Part shown: positions 1 to 7,801 of the stretch, piece by piece | Position numbering within the stretch: the first letter of the stretch is position 1 | Layout of the letters: every line of letters begins with the position of its first letter | Source: Yersinia phage MHG19 | Sequence record: OQ331036.1 | Length of the DNA: 24,000 nt | Direction: 5' to 3' (one strand) | Position numbers and translations under genes: made by a program | Notes under the pieces: model-generated | Seen by the model: the letters and a program-made list of their open reading frames with translations, nothing else | Databases searched by the model: none | What the model was told of the DNA's origin: nothing

Positions 1-834
1 TTCTACACTGACGTAAGATTTGAACATTGTTATCTTGATGAAGTTATGCGAAGTAATGCTCCAATCATCGAAGTCGCTACTGAGATTCGTGAAGGCGGCT
101 GGATTCGTGAGAACATCGTTGATGGTCATGGTGTTCACGGCTTTACTGGCGATAATGCTTTACGCGGTTTCATGATGCAGTATTTCGATATTGTTCGTAC
201 ACCGGAAGATATGTTCGAGAACAGAATGTACGCCTACACTAACAAGTCTGTAGATACTCTGAACTCTATCATTCGTCGTAAGATATACAAGACGGAAGAG
301 CCGTTTATTGTTGGCGAAGTACTCGTTATGCAAGAACCATTCATGCATGAGATGACGTTTGAAGGTAAGAAATTTACTGAAATCATCTTTAATAATGGTC
401 AGCAAATCAGAGTGCTAAATGCTACACAGACCTCTACGTTCTTGAAAGCAAAAGGCGTATCTGGCGAGTATATGATTCGTTACTGGGTTTTGGAAGTCGA
501 ATCAATTGACGAATCAGAAGAATACGCTAAAGCCAAATTGAATGTAATATACGATAAGTCAGAACTTGATAAGTTTCATTTCTTCTTGGCGAAGGTTGCA
601 ACTGCTTATAAGTCTGGCGAAGTTAAAGCACATTGGAAAGATTTTTGGGCTGCTAAACGAATCTTTAGCAAAGTAAAACCATTACCGGTTTCTACTATCC
701 ATAAGTCTCAGGGTTCTTCAGTGGATTCGAGTTTCTTGTATACTCCGTGTATCCATATGGCAGACACTGATCTTGCTTTACAATTGCTTTACGTCGGCTC
801 AACTCGAGCTCGTAATGATGTTTATTTTGTGTAG
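1..834 (+). CDS. dda: Dda-like DNA helicase (5'-3'), C-terminal part; gene is open to the left window edge
   Basis: Frame is open from base 1 (FYTDVRFEHCYLDEVMRSNAPIIEVATEIREGGW) and parallels T4 Dda (..LTEVKRSNAPIIDVATDVRNGKW, STFHKAQGMSVDRAFIYTPCIHYADVELAQQLLYVGVTR). Listed ORF start at 46 is internal. Confidence 0.95.
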   Translation, partial: FYTDVRFEHCYLDEVMRSNAPIIEVATEIREGGWIRENIVDGHGVHGFTGDNALRGFMMQYFDIVRTPEDMFENRMYAYTNKSVDTLNSIIRRKIYKTEEPFIVGEVLVMQEPFMHEMTFEGKKFTEIIFNNGQQIRVLNATQTSTFLKAKGVSGEYMIRYWVLEVESIDESEEYAKAKLNVIYDKSELDKFHFFLAKVATAYKSGEVKAHWKDFWAAKRIFSKVKPLPVSTIHKSQGSSVDSSFLYTPCIHMADTDLALQLLYVGSTRARNDVYFV

Positions 835-840
835 GTGAAT

Positions 841-1098
841 ATGTTACAGATTAACGAAGCGGTAGCTCTTAAGATTATTGATACATATAACATCCTTTGG
901 CAAAAAGAGAAGGATGACAGTGGTTCACAATCCAAAACAGTGCTTGAATACTTATATCAAATAGCGTCTTTTTGTGAAAAGGCGCTCGATATATGCTATA
1001 CGTACTCTCATTTACAATCAGAAATACGAGTATTCTTGACGGCTGAAATGGTTAACAATCTTGCTTATGTAAATGAATTAGGGTATCTTCATGAATGA
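841..1098 (+). CDS. hypothetical small early protein between dda and dexA (start could be GTG 835)
   Basis: ORF overlapping dexA start by 8 nt; ATG at 841; position equivalent to small genes near dexA/dda in T4. Confidence 0.65.
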   Translation: MLQINEAVALKIIDTYNILWQKEKDDSGSQSKTVLEYLYQIASFCEKALDICYTYSHLQSEIRVFLTAEMVNNLAYVNELGYLHE

Positions 1099-1780
1099 TT
1101 TTATTATTGACTTTGAAACATTAGCAACTGGCGAAAAGGCAGCTGTTATCGACTTGGCTCTGGTTACCTTTAACCCAGATCCTACTGTTATTGAAACATT
1201 CGCTGACTTGACTTCTCGCGGTCATCGAGTGAAGTTTGACTTGGCCTCTCAGAAAGGCAAACGTGTATTCAATAAAGGTACTATTGAATGGTGGCGTGGT
1301 CAGTCTGAGACTGCTAAGCTGAACCTTAAACCACATCCAGATGATATGTCTACTATCGACGGCACGATTTCTGCTCTAGAGTATCTCCGCAATAATGGCG
1401 TTGATGCCTGGAAATCCCAGGGCTGGTGTCGTGGTATGTCGTTTGACTTCCCAATCTTAGTTGACTTGATTCGTGATCTTCAACGTGTCCAACAAGGCAC
1501 GCCAGAGAATGAGCTTGATACTTTCAAACTTGAGCCGTGTAAGTTCTGGAACCAACGCGATATTCGTACAGCAATCGAGTGTTATGCTATTCAACGCGAC
1601 CTGACAACTACTCCTTTACCAAAAGGTGTTCTTGATGGATTTATCGCTCATGACAGTATTCACGACTGTGCTAAAGATATTTTGATGTTAAAATATGCTC
1701 AACGATACGCATTAGGTCTTGAAGAGATTCCTGATGAAGAAAACACTGATCCACTATCACTACCTAAGGGCAGATCATGA
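1091..1780 (+). CDS. dexA: DexA exonuclease A (DnaQ-like 3'-5' exonuclease)
   Basis: FIIDFETLATGEKAAVIDLA, PWKSQGWCRGMSFDFPILVDLIRD-type motif and ELDTFKLEPCKFWNQRDIRT / AHDSIHDCAKDILMLKYA match T4 DexA closely. Confidence 0.96.
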   Translation: MNDFIIDFETLATGEKAAVIDLALVTFNPDPTVIETFADLTSRGHRVKFDLASQKGKRVFNKGTIEWWRGQSETAKLNLKPHPDDMSTIDGTISALEYLRNNGVDAWKSQGWCRGMSFDFPILVDLIRDLQRVQQGTPENELDTFKLEPCKFWNQRDIRTAIECYAIQRDLTTTPLPKGVLDGFIAHDSIHDCAKDILMLKYAQRYALGLEEIPDEENTDPLSLPKGRS

Positions 1781-2367
1781 TTCATACAGTACAGTTCAAA
1801 AGCATGGAACACTCTCGAGTATTTGCTGAAGAAAGCGAACAAAACGCACGTTTCGTAAACTGGTTGCTTCGTGCAAATAAATCAGTTCTTGCTCCGTTCG
1901 AGGTTATTCCATGTGGTTATGACAGTATGTGGGCACGTTGTGTCTATGCTGGTCCAGACGGTCTAGATGATTATCAATCTGTAAGTCCAGATGACCCAAT
2001 TTTTGGAAATGACGCATTCAAGACGTATTTCGAAATTGTTGAGCTAGACCACGACGCAGACCCTGAGCTATTCAAAGAATTCGATTTTGCTGCTGGCAAC
2101 ACCATGAGCGAGCGTGAATTGATGTTTGATATCGAAGACTCGATCATTGAAAAAGATGTCAACCCAGACATCGCCACCGAAGACTTGATGATCATTGCTC
2201 AGCTGTCTGCGGCAGTACGCACCTTCATGATTCGTAAAGGCAATTCCATTTCTGAACAACTGAATGCTTTAGTTGATAACTATGGTGTAATGAGCTTCTC
2301 ATTAGCTAAAGTTATTGCTAAATACGACGTTACCACGCGCATGGTAAAAGAATTCACTAAAAAATAA
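1777..2367 (+). CDS. hypothetical early protein, translationally coupled to dexA (ATGA overlap)
   Basis: 196-aa ORF, 4-nt overlap with dexA stop. Confidence 0.75.
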   Translation: MIHTVQFKSMEHSRVFAEESEQNARFVNWLLRANKSVLAPFEVIPCGYDSMWARCVYAGPDGLDDYQSVSPDDPIFGNDAFKTYFEIVELDHDADPELFKEFDFAAGNTMSERELMFDIEDSIIEKDVNPDIATEDLMIIAQLSAAVRTFMIRKGNSISEQLNALVDNYGVMSFSLAKVIAKYDVTTRMVKEFTKK

Positions 2368-2402
2368 TTGTACTTCTTATGAGGGCTATGTATAATAGCT
2401 CT
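2368..2402 (+). promoter_or_regulatory. putative early sigma70-type promoter with inverted repeat over the -10
   Basis: TTGTAC (2368-2373), 17-nt spacer, TATAAT (2391-2396); imperfect stem AGGGCTAT/ATAGCTCT (2382-2389/2395-2402). Confidence 0.7.
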
Positions 2403-2422
2403 ACCAAATAAACGAGGAAAAT

Positions 2423-2932
2423 ATGATTGACACAATTGATTTGAATAAGACGTACATCATCTCTGAAGATCCACATACTGTGACTCGATTCGTTGCGGGC
2501 GATTCTCAGAACGCTTTGATTTATGAAGCGCTGAAAGGCCGTAAATTCCGTGTTACTGATGTCGAGGATTACGGTGACGGCGAATATGACATCTTAGAAG
2601 TTGAGTTCGTCGAAATCCAATCAAAAGAAGCTAATGAAGAGCTCGAAGAGCGTTGCTCGATGGCATCGCCTTTAATTTCTTTCAAAGAAGCAAGAGAGCT
2701 TTTGGTTGAAGTTAAATCTCCGACACTGATGTATCGTGTAGTATATAAGAGCGACGACAAGTGGTATGAAAGTGAATTCATGCAACTTCACAAGGCAGAA
2801 GAGCTTGCATTGAGCCTTCCTAACGTGGCTGATGTGATCGAGATTTACCAGACTGCTTATTTGGGTCTTGAAACTACTATCCTTTGTGCAAGGGTAAAAT
2901 CCGTAACAACTAACGTAATCGAGCATTTATAA
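2423..2932 (+). CDS. hypothetical early protein with GKxY..FxV-type module
   Basis: 169-aa ORF, RBS gagg, 1-nt overlap with next ATG; DLNKTYII...GRKFRVTDVEDYG module resembles neighbouring ORFs. Confidence 0.75.
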   Translation: MIDTIDLNKTYIISEDPHTVTRFVAGDSQNALIYEALKGRKFRVTDVEDYGDGEYDILEVEFVEIQSKEANEELEERCSMASPLISFKEARELLVEVKSPTLMYRVVYKSDDKWYESEFMQLHKAEELALSLPNVADVIEIYQTAYLGLETTILCARVKSVTTNVIEHL

Positions 2933-3435
2933 TGAAATTTAAATATCGTGGTAATAGTAAAATTGTAGGTAAAGGCACTGTTGTTGAGTTGATTCGTCAT
3001 ACTCGTGGTGGTAAATGTTGTATCGTTTCTACTCCAGATGGTACAAAAGCTGAAGTGATGTTCTCTCAGCTTCAGGTTTATGCTCCAAAAGACAACGCGT
3101 TGCATGGCTTCTCACAAACTGAAGGTGTTAAATTGGTTAAAGATTGCGGTAATACTCATGACAATATGTATCTTGGCTCAGTAGTCGAGATTTTTGGATT
3201 AGATGCTGACTCTGTATTCACGATCGATCCAGACTTCGCTAAGAACTATGTGTTCTATGACGATCTAGAAGATTCCAGTACTAACCACGCAGCCCTGGGC
3301 GGCATTGGCGGCATGATCACTGATGTCTGGGAAGAAGACGGCGTCAAGATGGTCAACGTGGTATTTGGCGGTTCTTACGCTCAAGTTCCACTTGATAATG
3401 TCCGTCGTTATCATGGTGATATCGCAACTGTCTAA
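2932..3435 (+). CDS. possible MotB-like DNA-binding protein (KOW/Tudor-like small beta domain)
   Basis: 167 aa, close to dexA as in T4; MKFKYRGNSKIVGKGTVVELIRHTRGGKCCIVSTPDG looks like a KOW-type N-terminal domain. Assignment rests on size, position and fold-like pattern. Confidence 0.4.
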   Translation: MKFKYRGNSKIVGKGTVVELIRHTRGGKCCIVSTPDGTKAEVMFSQLQVYAPKDNALHGFSQTEGVKLVKDCGNTHDNMYLGSVVEIFGLDADSVFTIDPDFAKNYVFYDDLEDSSTNHAALGGIGGMITDVWEEDGVKMVNVVFGGSYAQVPLDNVRRYHGDIATV

Positions 3436-3442
3436 CAAATAG

Positions 3443-3482
3443 TTGTACATTGATGAGACCATGTTGTATTATGGTCTCATCA
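3443..3482 (+). promoter_or_regulatory. putative early promoter overlapped by a perfect 12-bp inverted repeat
   Basis: TTGTAC (3443-3448), 18-nt spacer, TATTAT (3467-3472); TGATGAGACCAT (3451-3462) / ATGGTCTCATCA (3471-3482). Confidence 0.65.
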
Positions 3483-3499
3483 AATCAAAAGGAGTAGTT

Positions 3500-3682
3500 A
3501 TGAAAATTACAGTAGATCAGTTTGAAGATATCTTGTACAGCAACGAAAAAACTGTCGTACAGAAAGAATTCGCAGGCAACCTAGAACACACTACAGTTCT
3601 TTACGTATTCGAAAATAACAAAGTGATTGAAACGTATCAGCGGGTTATCACTACAGAAGGTGTAACTTATGAACAAATTTGA
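3500..3682 (+). CDS. hypothetical 60-aa early protein (listed ORF start 3443 is upstream of the likely ATG)
   Basis: RBS ggag before ATG 3500; MKITVDQFEDILYSNEK... Confidence 0.7.
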   Translation: MKITVDQFEDILYSNEKTVVQKEFAGNLEHTTVLYVFENNKVIETYQRVITTEGVTYEQI

Positions 3683-4058
3683 AGAGAACAAATGGTATCA
3701 GTTAGTTGATGAAGACGGATTTGTCGATCATGTATTCGGCAACGGGTCTATGGCTCAATTAATAAAAGAAAACGGAATATTCCTTGTCACTGAAACAACT
3801 AACCGTGGTTCAGCCCTCGTTGTTAAATTCGTTACTGGACTAGTAGGTACATATAACTGTCGTGATGGTAGTCTATGGTTCCACCTTGGACCTTCTGAGC
3901 GTCAATTCTTTGAAGAAGTTCTACCTCCTCATGCAGGATATCGAACGACTCAAGGTGAACCTATTGAGCTTGATACTCCTTTAGCAGAATTGAATCTAGT
4001 AATCAATGCAGCTAATGCTGCACGTTCAATCAATATTATTAAGGCGGCATTCCTATGA
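3669..4058 (+). CDS. hypothetical early protein, GKxY-like module family
   Basis: 129-aa ORF overlapping neighbours by 14 and 4 nt; ENKWYQLVDEDGFVDHVFG... Confidence 0.72.
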   Translation: MNKFEENKWYQLVDEDGFVDHVFGNGSMAQLIKENGIFLVTETTNRGSALVVKFVTGLVGTYNCRDGSLWFHLGPSERQFFEEVLPPHAGYRTTQGEPIELDTPLAELNLVINAANAARSINIIKAAFL

Positions 4059-4486
4059 AATCTTGGGTATTAGGTAAAGAATATAAATTTGCTGATAGCA
4101 CATGTGAAGATCTGTTCAATGACGATCATCATCAGAACCCTGAAATGGTTCGAGCTATCAAATCCCACGGTGGTTCATTTAAAGTGATTGACATTTATCG
4201 TCCTGATGGTCAAGTAACGCAAGTTATGTTCGCCGACGGTCTGAAGAGCAATCCATACGAGGCCTTTGATATGCAGGCATTACCTATCGAGATGTGTCTG
4301 CTGGAAAGTGATAGAGAATTCTTTGTTGAAGTTAACAGCGAAGAAGATGTAAAAGAATGCGCTGAAGAGGCCACCCAGGTTAAAAAATCTTTCACGTTGT
4401 GTGTAGATCTACCAATACCTGAAACTAAAGAAGAAGCGATCGCTCACATCAATCGTATCAAAGCAATTTTTGGAATCGAGGCTTAA
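4055..4486 (+). CDS. hypothetical early protein, GKxY-like module family
   Basis: 143-aa ORF; VLGKEYKFADSTCEDLF...GGSFKVIDIYRPDGQVTQVMFADG. Confidence 0.75.
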   Translation: MKSWVLGKEYKFADSTCEDLFNDDHHQNPEMVRAIKSHGGSFKVIDIYRPDGQVTQVMFADGLKSNPYEAFDMQALPIEMCLLESDREFFVEVNSEEDVKECAEEATQVKKSFTLCVDLPIPETKEEAIAHINRIKAIFGIEA

Positions 4487-4487
4487 A

Positions 4488-5228
4488 ATGGAAAAAGGCA
4501 AAGTATACGGGTTCAAGTCAGTTAATAGCCGTAACGAATTCAAAAACGAATATCTCTGTAATAAAGAGTTCAACGCTTGGTTAGGCTCGCATTTCTTTCA
4601 AGTAGATGCTCTGGACTATGACGGGTGCGTTACGCGGGTTGTACGTAATGACGGCGAATATTATCCTAGTCGAGAATTTCAATGTAATATCATCGGCAAA
4701 TCTGAGTATCGTCATTTCACTGAGATCAGTACTCGTCCTGTTGGTTGGGAAGCCGGCAAGACATACCGTCTTGAAGATGCCGTGGCTTTCGCAGCTCGAT
4801 CTAATATCAATGCCGCGTTCATCCGAGCTATTGGTTTCTGCACATTTAAAGTAATGAGCGTTCACGATGGCGCTGCCGGTATTAAAACCCAGAAGTTAGA
4901 GTATGTTAACGAACACGGCGATAAAGACGTGATCTTTTTCACTCTTACTGGCTCAGAATTCGAGTATTTCACTGAAACCGACGAAGACGTTATGCGCGGC
5001 TGGATTCGTGGCCAAGCTCTAATTGAAGGGCTAATGAATAAGACTATGGACAACTCGTATGGCGATCTGTTCATTGACGATGAATTCTATCATATTGGTC
5101 AAGTTGTTAAGCCAGAAACCAACGAAGTATTCAAAGTTAAATCATCCGGTACGTTCGAATTCACAGTAACCGATGAAGCGTCTCGATTAAAAGCTATTTC
5201 ATTCTTACAGACTTTGGAATTTAAATAA
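4488..5228 (+). CDS. hypothetical early protein with two or three repeated GKxY-like modules
   Basis: ATG 4488 directly after upstream stop; modules at MEKGKVYGFKSVNSRNEF..., WEAGKTYRLEDAVAF..., DDEFYHIGQVV... Confidence 0.75.
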   Translation: MEKGKVYGFKSVNSRNEFKNEYLCNKEFNAWLGSHFFQVDALDYDGCVTRVVRNDGEYYPSREFQCNIIGKSEYRHFTEISTRPVGWEAGKTYRLEDAVAFAARSNINAAFIRAIGFCTFKVMSVHDGAAGIKTQKLEYVNEHGDKDVIFFTLTGSEFEYFTETDEDVMRGWIRGQALIEGLMNKTMDNSYGDLFIDDEFYHIGQVVKPETNEVFKVKSSGTFEFTVTDEASRLKAISFLQTLEFK

Positions 5229-5407
5229 TGCCGATGTATGAATATCACTGCGCTGAATGCGGCGATAAAATTGAAAAGATTCGTAAAATCTCTGAACGTG
5301 ATGAACCTATAAAGTGCGTAAGTCCTTCATGCGAAGGCATTGCTTATCGTAATAAAGTAGTGGCTCCCGCAGTCCATTACAAAGGTTTTGCTAATAACGA
5401 ATACTAG
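5228..5407 (+). CDS. 59-aa zinc-ribbon protein (FmdB/CxxC regulatory-protein-like), not in supplied ORF track
   Basis: Manual translation MPMYEYHCAECGDKIEKIRKISERDEPIKCVSPSCEGIAYRNKVVAPAVHYKGFANNEY*; CxxC...CxxxxC with the MPxYEYxC start typical of FmdB-like ribbons; start overlaps upstream stop. Confidence 0.8.
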   Translation: MPMYEYHCAECGDKIEKIRKISERDEPIKCVSPSCEGIAYRNKVVAPAVHYKGFANNEY

Positions 5408-5430
5408 GCCTTCGGGCCTTTTTGCTTTTT
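5406..5430 (+). terminator. rho-independent terminator
   Basis: AGGCC-TTCG-GGCCT followed by TTTTGCTTTTT. Confidence 0.85.
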
Positions 5431-5455
5431 AAGAATATGTAGTATGATAACTCCA
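5421..5455 (+). promoter_or_regulatory. putative MotA-dependent middle promoter of the topoisomerase gene
   Basis: TTTGCTTTT (GCTT 5424-5427) 19 nt upstream of TATGAT (5443-5448), matching T4 MotA-box geometry. Confidence 0.65.
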
Positions 5456-5472
5456 CACAACGAGGATAAACT

Positions 5473-7302
5473 ATGATCAAAAATGAAATTCAAATTCTTT
5501 CTGACCGCGAACATATCATCAAACGTTCTGGAATGTATATCGGCTCAGTAGCAAACGAAGAACATGAACGTTTTGTGTTTGGTGAATATAAGAAAATTAC
5601 TTACGTTCCAGGGTTAGTCAAGATCATTGATGAGATCATTGATAACTCCGTGGATGAAGGTATTCGTACGCGATTCGCTTATGCGAATAAAATTGAAGTA
5701 TCAATCAAAGATAACAAGGTTACTGTAACTGATAACGGTCGTGGTATTCCTCAGACTGACGTACAGACTCCTGAAGGCGAAGTTATTCCTGGTCCGGTCG
5801 CAGCTTGGACTCGTGCGAAAGCAGGCGGCAACTTTGGCGATGATGCTGATCGTGAAACTGGCGGGATGAACGGTGTTGGTTCTTCATTAACTAACTTCTT
5901 CTCCATGATGTTTAAAGGTACAACTTCAGACGGTAAAAATGAAATTGTAGTTAACTGTACTAATGGCGCAGAAAATATTAGTTGGAAGTCTAAACCGGCT
6001 AAAACTAACGGCACTTCAGTTGAATTCGTTCCAGACTTTACGCATTTCGAGTGTAATCAAATCTCTGATGAAGTTATTACCGTTATACAAGATCGTTTGA
6101 ACACATTAGCTGTAATCTACCCAGATGTAGAATTCAAGTTTAATGGAAAGAAAGTTCAAGGCAACTTCAGAAAATATGCCAAACAATTTGGTGAAGACGT
6201 CGTAATTCATGATGAAAACAATTTCTCAATGGCATTTGCTACAAGTCCAGATGGCTTCCGTCATTTAAGTTATGTGAATAACATTCACACAAAGAATGGT
6301 GGTACTCACATTGAGTTCATCATGGATTCAATTTGTGAAAACTTGATTCCAGCAATTAAACGCAAACATAAGATCGAAATCAATAAGACACAGATCAAAG
6401 GCTCTTTGACTATGTTAATGTTTGTTCGTAATATGAAGAACTTGCGTTTTGATTCTCAGACTAAAGAACGATTGACTTCTCCTTATGGTGAAATCAAAGG
6501 GCACTTAGGTATTGAACCAAAAGATATCGATAAGTTGGCTAAACAGATTTTAAATAACGAGTCCGTTATCATGCCGATCATTGAATCCGCGTTGGCTCGT
6601 AAGCTCGCAGCTGAGGCTGCAGCGGCAACCAAGGCGTCCAAGAAGGCACTGAAGGCGAAGGTAAGTAAACATATTAAAGCCAACAAATATGGTGACGACA
6701 AGCACGACACGACACTCTTTTTAACAGAAGGTGAATCAGCCATCGGTTATTTGATCTCGGTTCGTGACCAAGACCTTCACGGTGGTTATGCTTTACGTGG
6801 TAAAGTGCTTAACACTTGGGGTATGAAACCGGTTGACGTCATCAAGAACAAAGAACTTTTTGATATTATGGCGATCACTGGACTTCAGTTTGGCGAAGAT
6901 GGTTCTGGTATGTATTATCAGAATATTGCTATCATGACAGATGCTGACGTCGATGGAACCGGCTCGATTTATCCAAGTCTGCTAGCTTTCTTTGCTCGTT
7001 GGCCAGAACTGTTTGAACAAGGTCGTATTCGTTTTGTTAAAACTCCGGTTATCATTGCTGCTAAAGGTAAAGATACGAAATGGTATTACGATCTTCCAGA
7101 ATACGAAGCTGCTAAACCTGAATTAAAGGGTTATGATATTCGCTATATCAAAGGACTTGGTTCTTTGGAAGAAGACGAATACGAGCGTGTAATTAAAGAC
7201 CCAGTGTATGATGTGGTTGAATTGCCAGATAACTACATTGATCTATTTGATATGTTGATGGGTGATGACGCCTCGAAGCGTAAAGAGTGGATGATGGGTT
7301 GA
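5473..7302 (+). CDS. 39: type II DNA topoisomerase large subunit (gp39 and gp60 fused, ATPase + TOPRIM)
   Basis: GHKL motifs (EIIDNSVDEG, VTDNGRGIP), TOPRIM motifs (FLTEGESAIGYL, IMTDADVDGTGS), IKGLGSLEEDEY; 609 aa, one uninterrupted ORF. Confidence 0.97.
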   Translation: MIKNEIQILSDREHIIKRSGMYIGSVANEEHERFVFGEYKKITYVPGLVKIIDEIIDNSVDEGIRTRFAYANKIEVSIKDNKVTVTDNGRGIPQTDVQTPEGEVIPGPVAAWTRAKAGGNFGDDADRETGGMNGVGSSLTNFFSMMFKGTTSDGKNEIVVNCTNGAENISWKSKPAKTNGTSVEFVPDFTHFECNQISDEVITVIQDRLNTLAVIYPDVEFKFNGKKVQGNFRKYAKQFGEDVVIHDENNFSMAFATSPDGFRHLSYVNNIHTKNGGTHIEFIMDSICENLIPAIKRKHKIEINKTQIKGSLTMLMFVRNMKNLRFDSQTKERLTSPYGEIKGHLGIEPKDIDKLAKQILNNESVIMPIIESALARKLAAEAAAATKASKKALKAKVSKHIKANKYGDDKHDTTLFLTEGESAIGYLISVRDQDLHGGYALRGKVLNTWGMKPVDVIKNKELFDIMAITGLQFGEDGSGMYYQNIAIMTDADVDGTGSIYPSLLAFFARWPELFEQGRIRFVKTPVIIAAKGKDTKWYYDLPEYEAAKPELKGYDIRYIKGLGSLEEDEYERVIKDPVYDVVELPDNYIDLFDMLMGDDASKRKEWMMG

Positions 7303-7310
7303 TATAAATA
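7303..7310 (+). promoter_or_regulatory. possible T4-type late promoter -10 (TATAAATA)
   Basis: Exact TATAAATA octamer 40 nt upstream of ATG 7350 at the end of gene 39. Confidence 0.45.
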
Positions 7311-7312
7311 GT

Positions 7313-7334
7313 GGTAGGACAATATTGTCCTGCC
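7313..7334 (+). repeat. intergenic inverted repeat just upstream of an RBS
   Basis: GGTAGGACAAT/ATTGTCCTGCC, 22-bp near-palindrome with one wobble, followed by aaaagga. Confidence 0.7.
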
Positions 7335-7349
7335 GCAAAAGGAATAAAG

Positions 7350-7505
7350 ATGCGCAAGTATTGGATTACTTTGATTACCGGTGAATATGGATTTATGTAC
7401 GCAGATGCTCCACCTCTGCCGGGTACTTATGTAACGATTACAGTTCGTAACGTAGATGGTACCCGTTATAAAACCACTGGTATGGTATCTAAAGTAGAGA
7501 ATTAA
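7350..7505 (+). CDS. hypothetical 51-aa protein
   Basis: ATG 7350 after RBS aaaagga; MRKYWITLITGEYGFMYADAPPLPGTYVTITVRNVDG... Confidence 0.65.
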   Translation: MRKYWITLITGEYGFMYADAPPLPGTYVTITVRNVDGTRYKTTGMVSKVEN

Positions 7506-7544
7506 TCTGCTTTTGGTAGGGTCATGATATTATGACTCTACCAA
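7506..7544 (+). promoter_or_regulatory. putative MotA-type middle promoter with near-perfect 13-bp inverted repeat over the -10
   Basis: TCTGCTTTT with GCTT 7509-7512, 19 nt start-to-start from TATTAT (7528-7533); TTGGTAGGGTCAT (7513-7525)/ATGACTCTACCAA (7532-7544). Confidence 0.6.
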
Positions 7545-7559
7545 CTTTTGAGGACTAAT

Positions 7560-7799
7560 ATGAACGAATTACAATTCATGAAGGCTTACGACAAACGAGT
7601 TAAGTCGTATGTTCATGCACAAGAGCGATTCTTTGATATCAGAGAAGCTATATTATCTAAAGAACGCTTTAAAGAAATACGTAATAAAATGATTGACAGA
7701 AGTTGTAATGACGATGAGATTAAAGAAATCAAATCGCTAATGAGAGAGTTCAGTATCGAATATACTGAATTCAATATTGATTATTTTAAAATGAGATAA
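7560..7799 (+). CDS. hypothetical protein in rIIA.1 position
   Basis: ORF immediately upstream of rIIA; likely ATG 7560 (MNELQFMKAYDKRVKSYVHAQ...). Confidence 0.65.
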   Translation: MNELQFMKAYDKRVKSYVHAQERFFDIREAILSKERFKEIRNKMIDRSCNDDEIKEIKSLMREFSIEYTEFNIDYFKMR

Positions 7800-7801
7800 A
7801 A

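Noticed and set aside
160-405. Antisense ORF (81 aa) within dda
   Set aside because: Opposite strand of strong Dda homology; no RBS/promoter evidence; composition typical of antisense shadow ORFs.
2857-3105. Minus-strand ORFs in 1974-3105
   Set aside because: Antisense to tightly packed + strand early genes with good RBS; shadow frames.
4581-4865. Minus and alternate plus-frame ORFs inside 4488-5228
   Set aside because: Mutually overlapping shadow ORFs; the 4488 frame continues seamlessly with neighbours and has the repeated modules.
5751-6014. Minus-strand ORFs inside gene 39 (also 6483-6743)
   Set aside because: Lie over highly conserved topoisomerase ATPase/TOPRIM coding sequence.
5473-7302. 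Possible novelty of the single-ORF 39/60 topoisomerase subunit
   Set aside because: The split with the 50-nt bypass is peculiar to T4 and close relatives; a fused gene is the common state.
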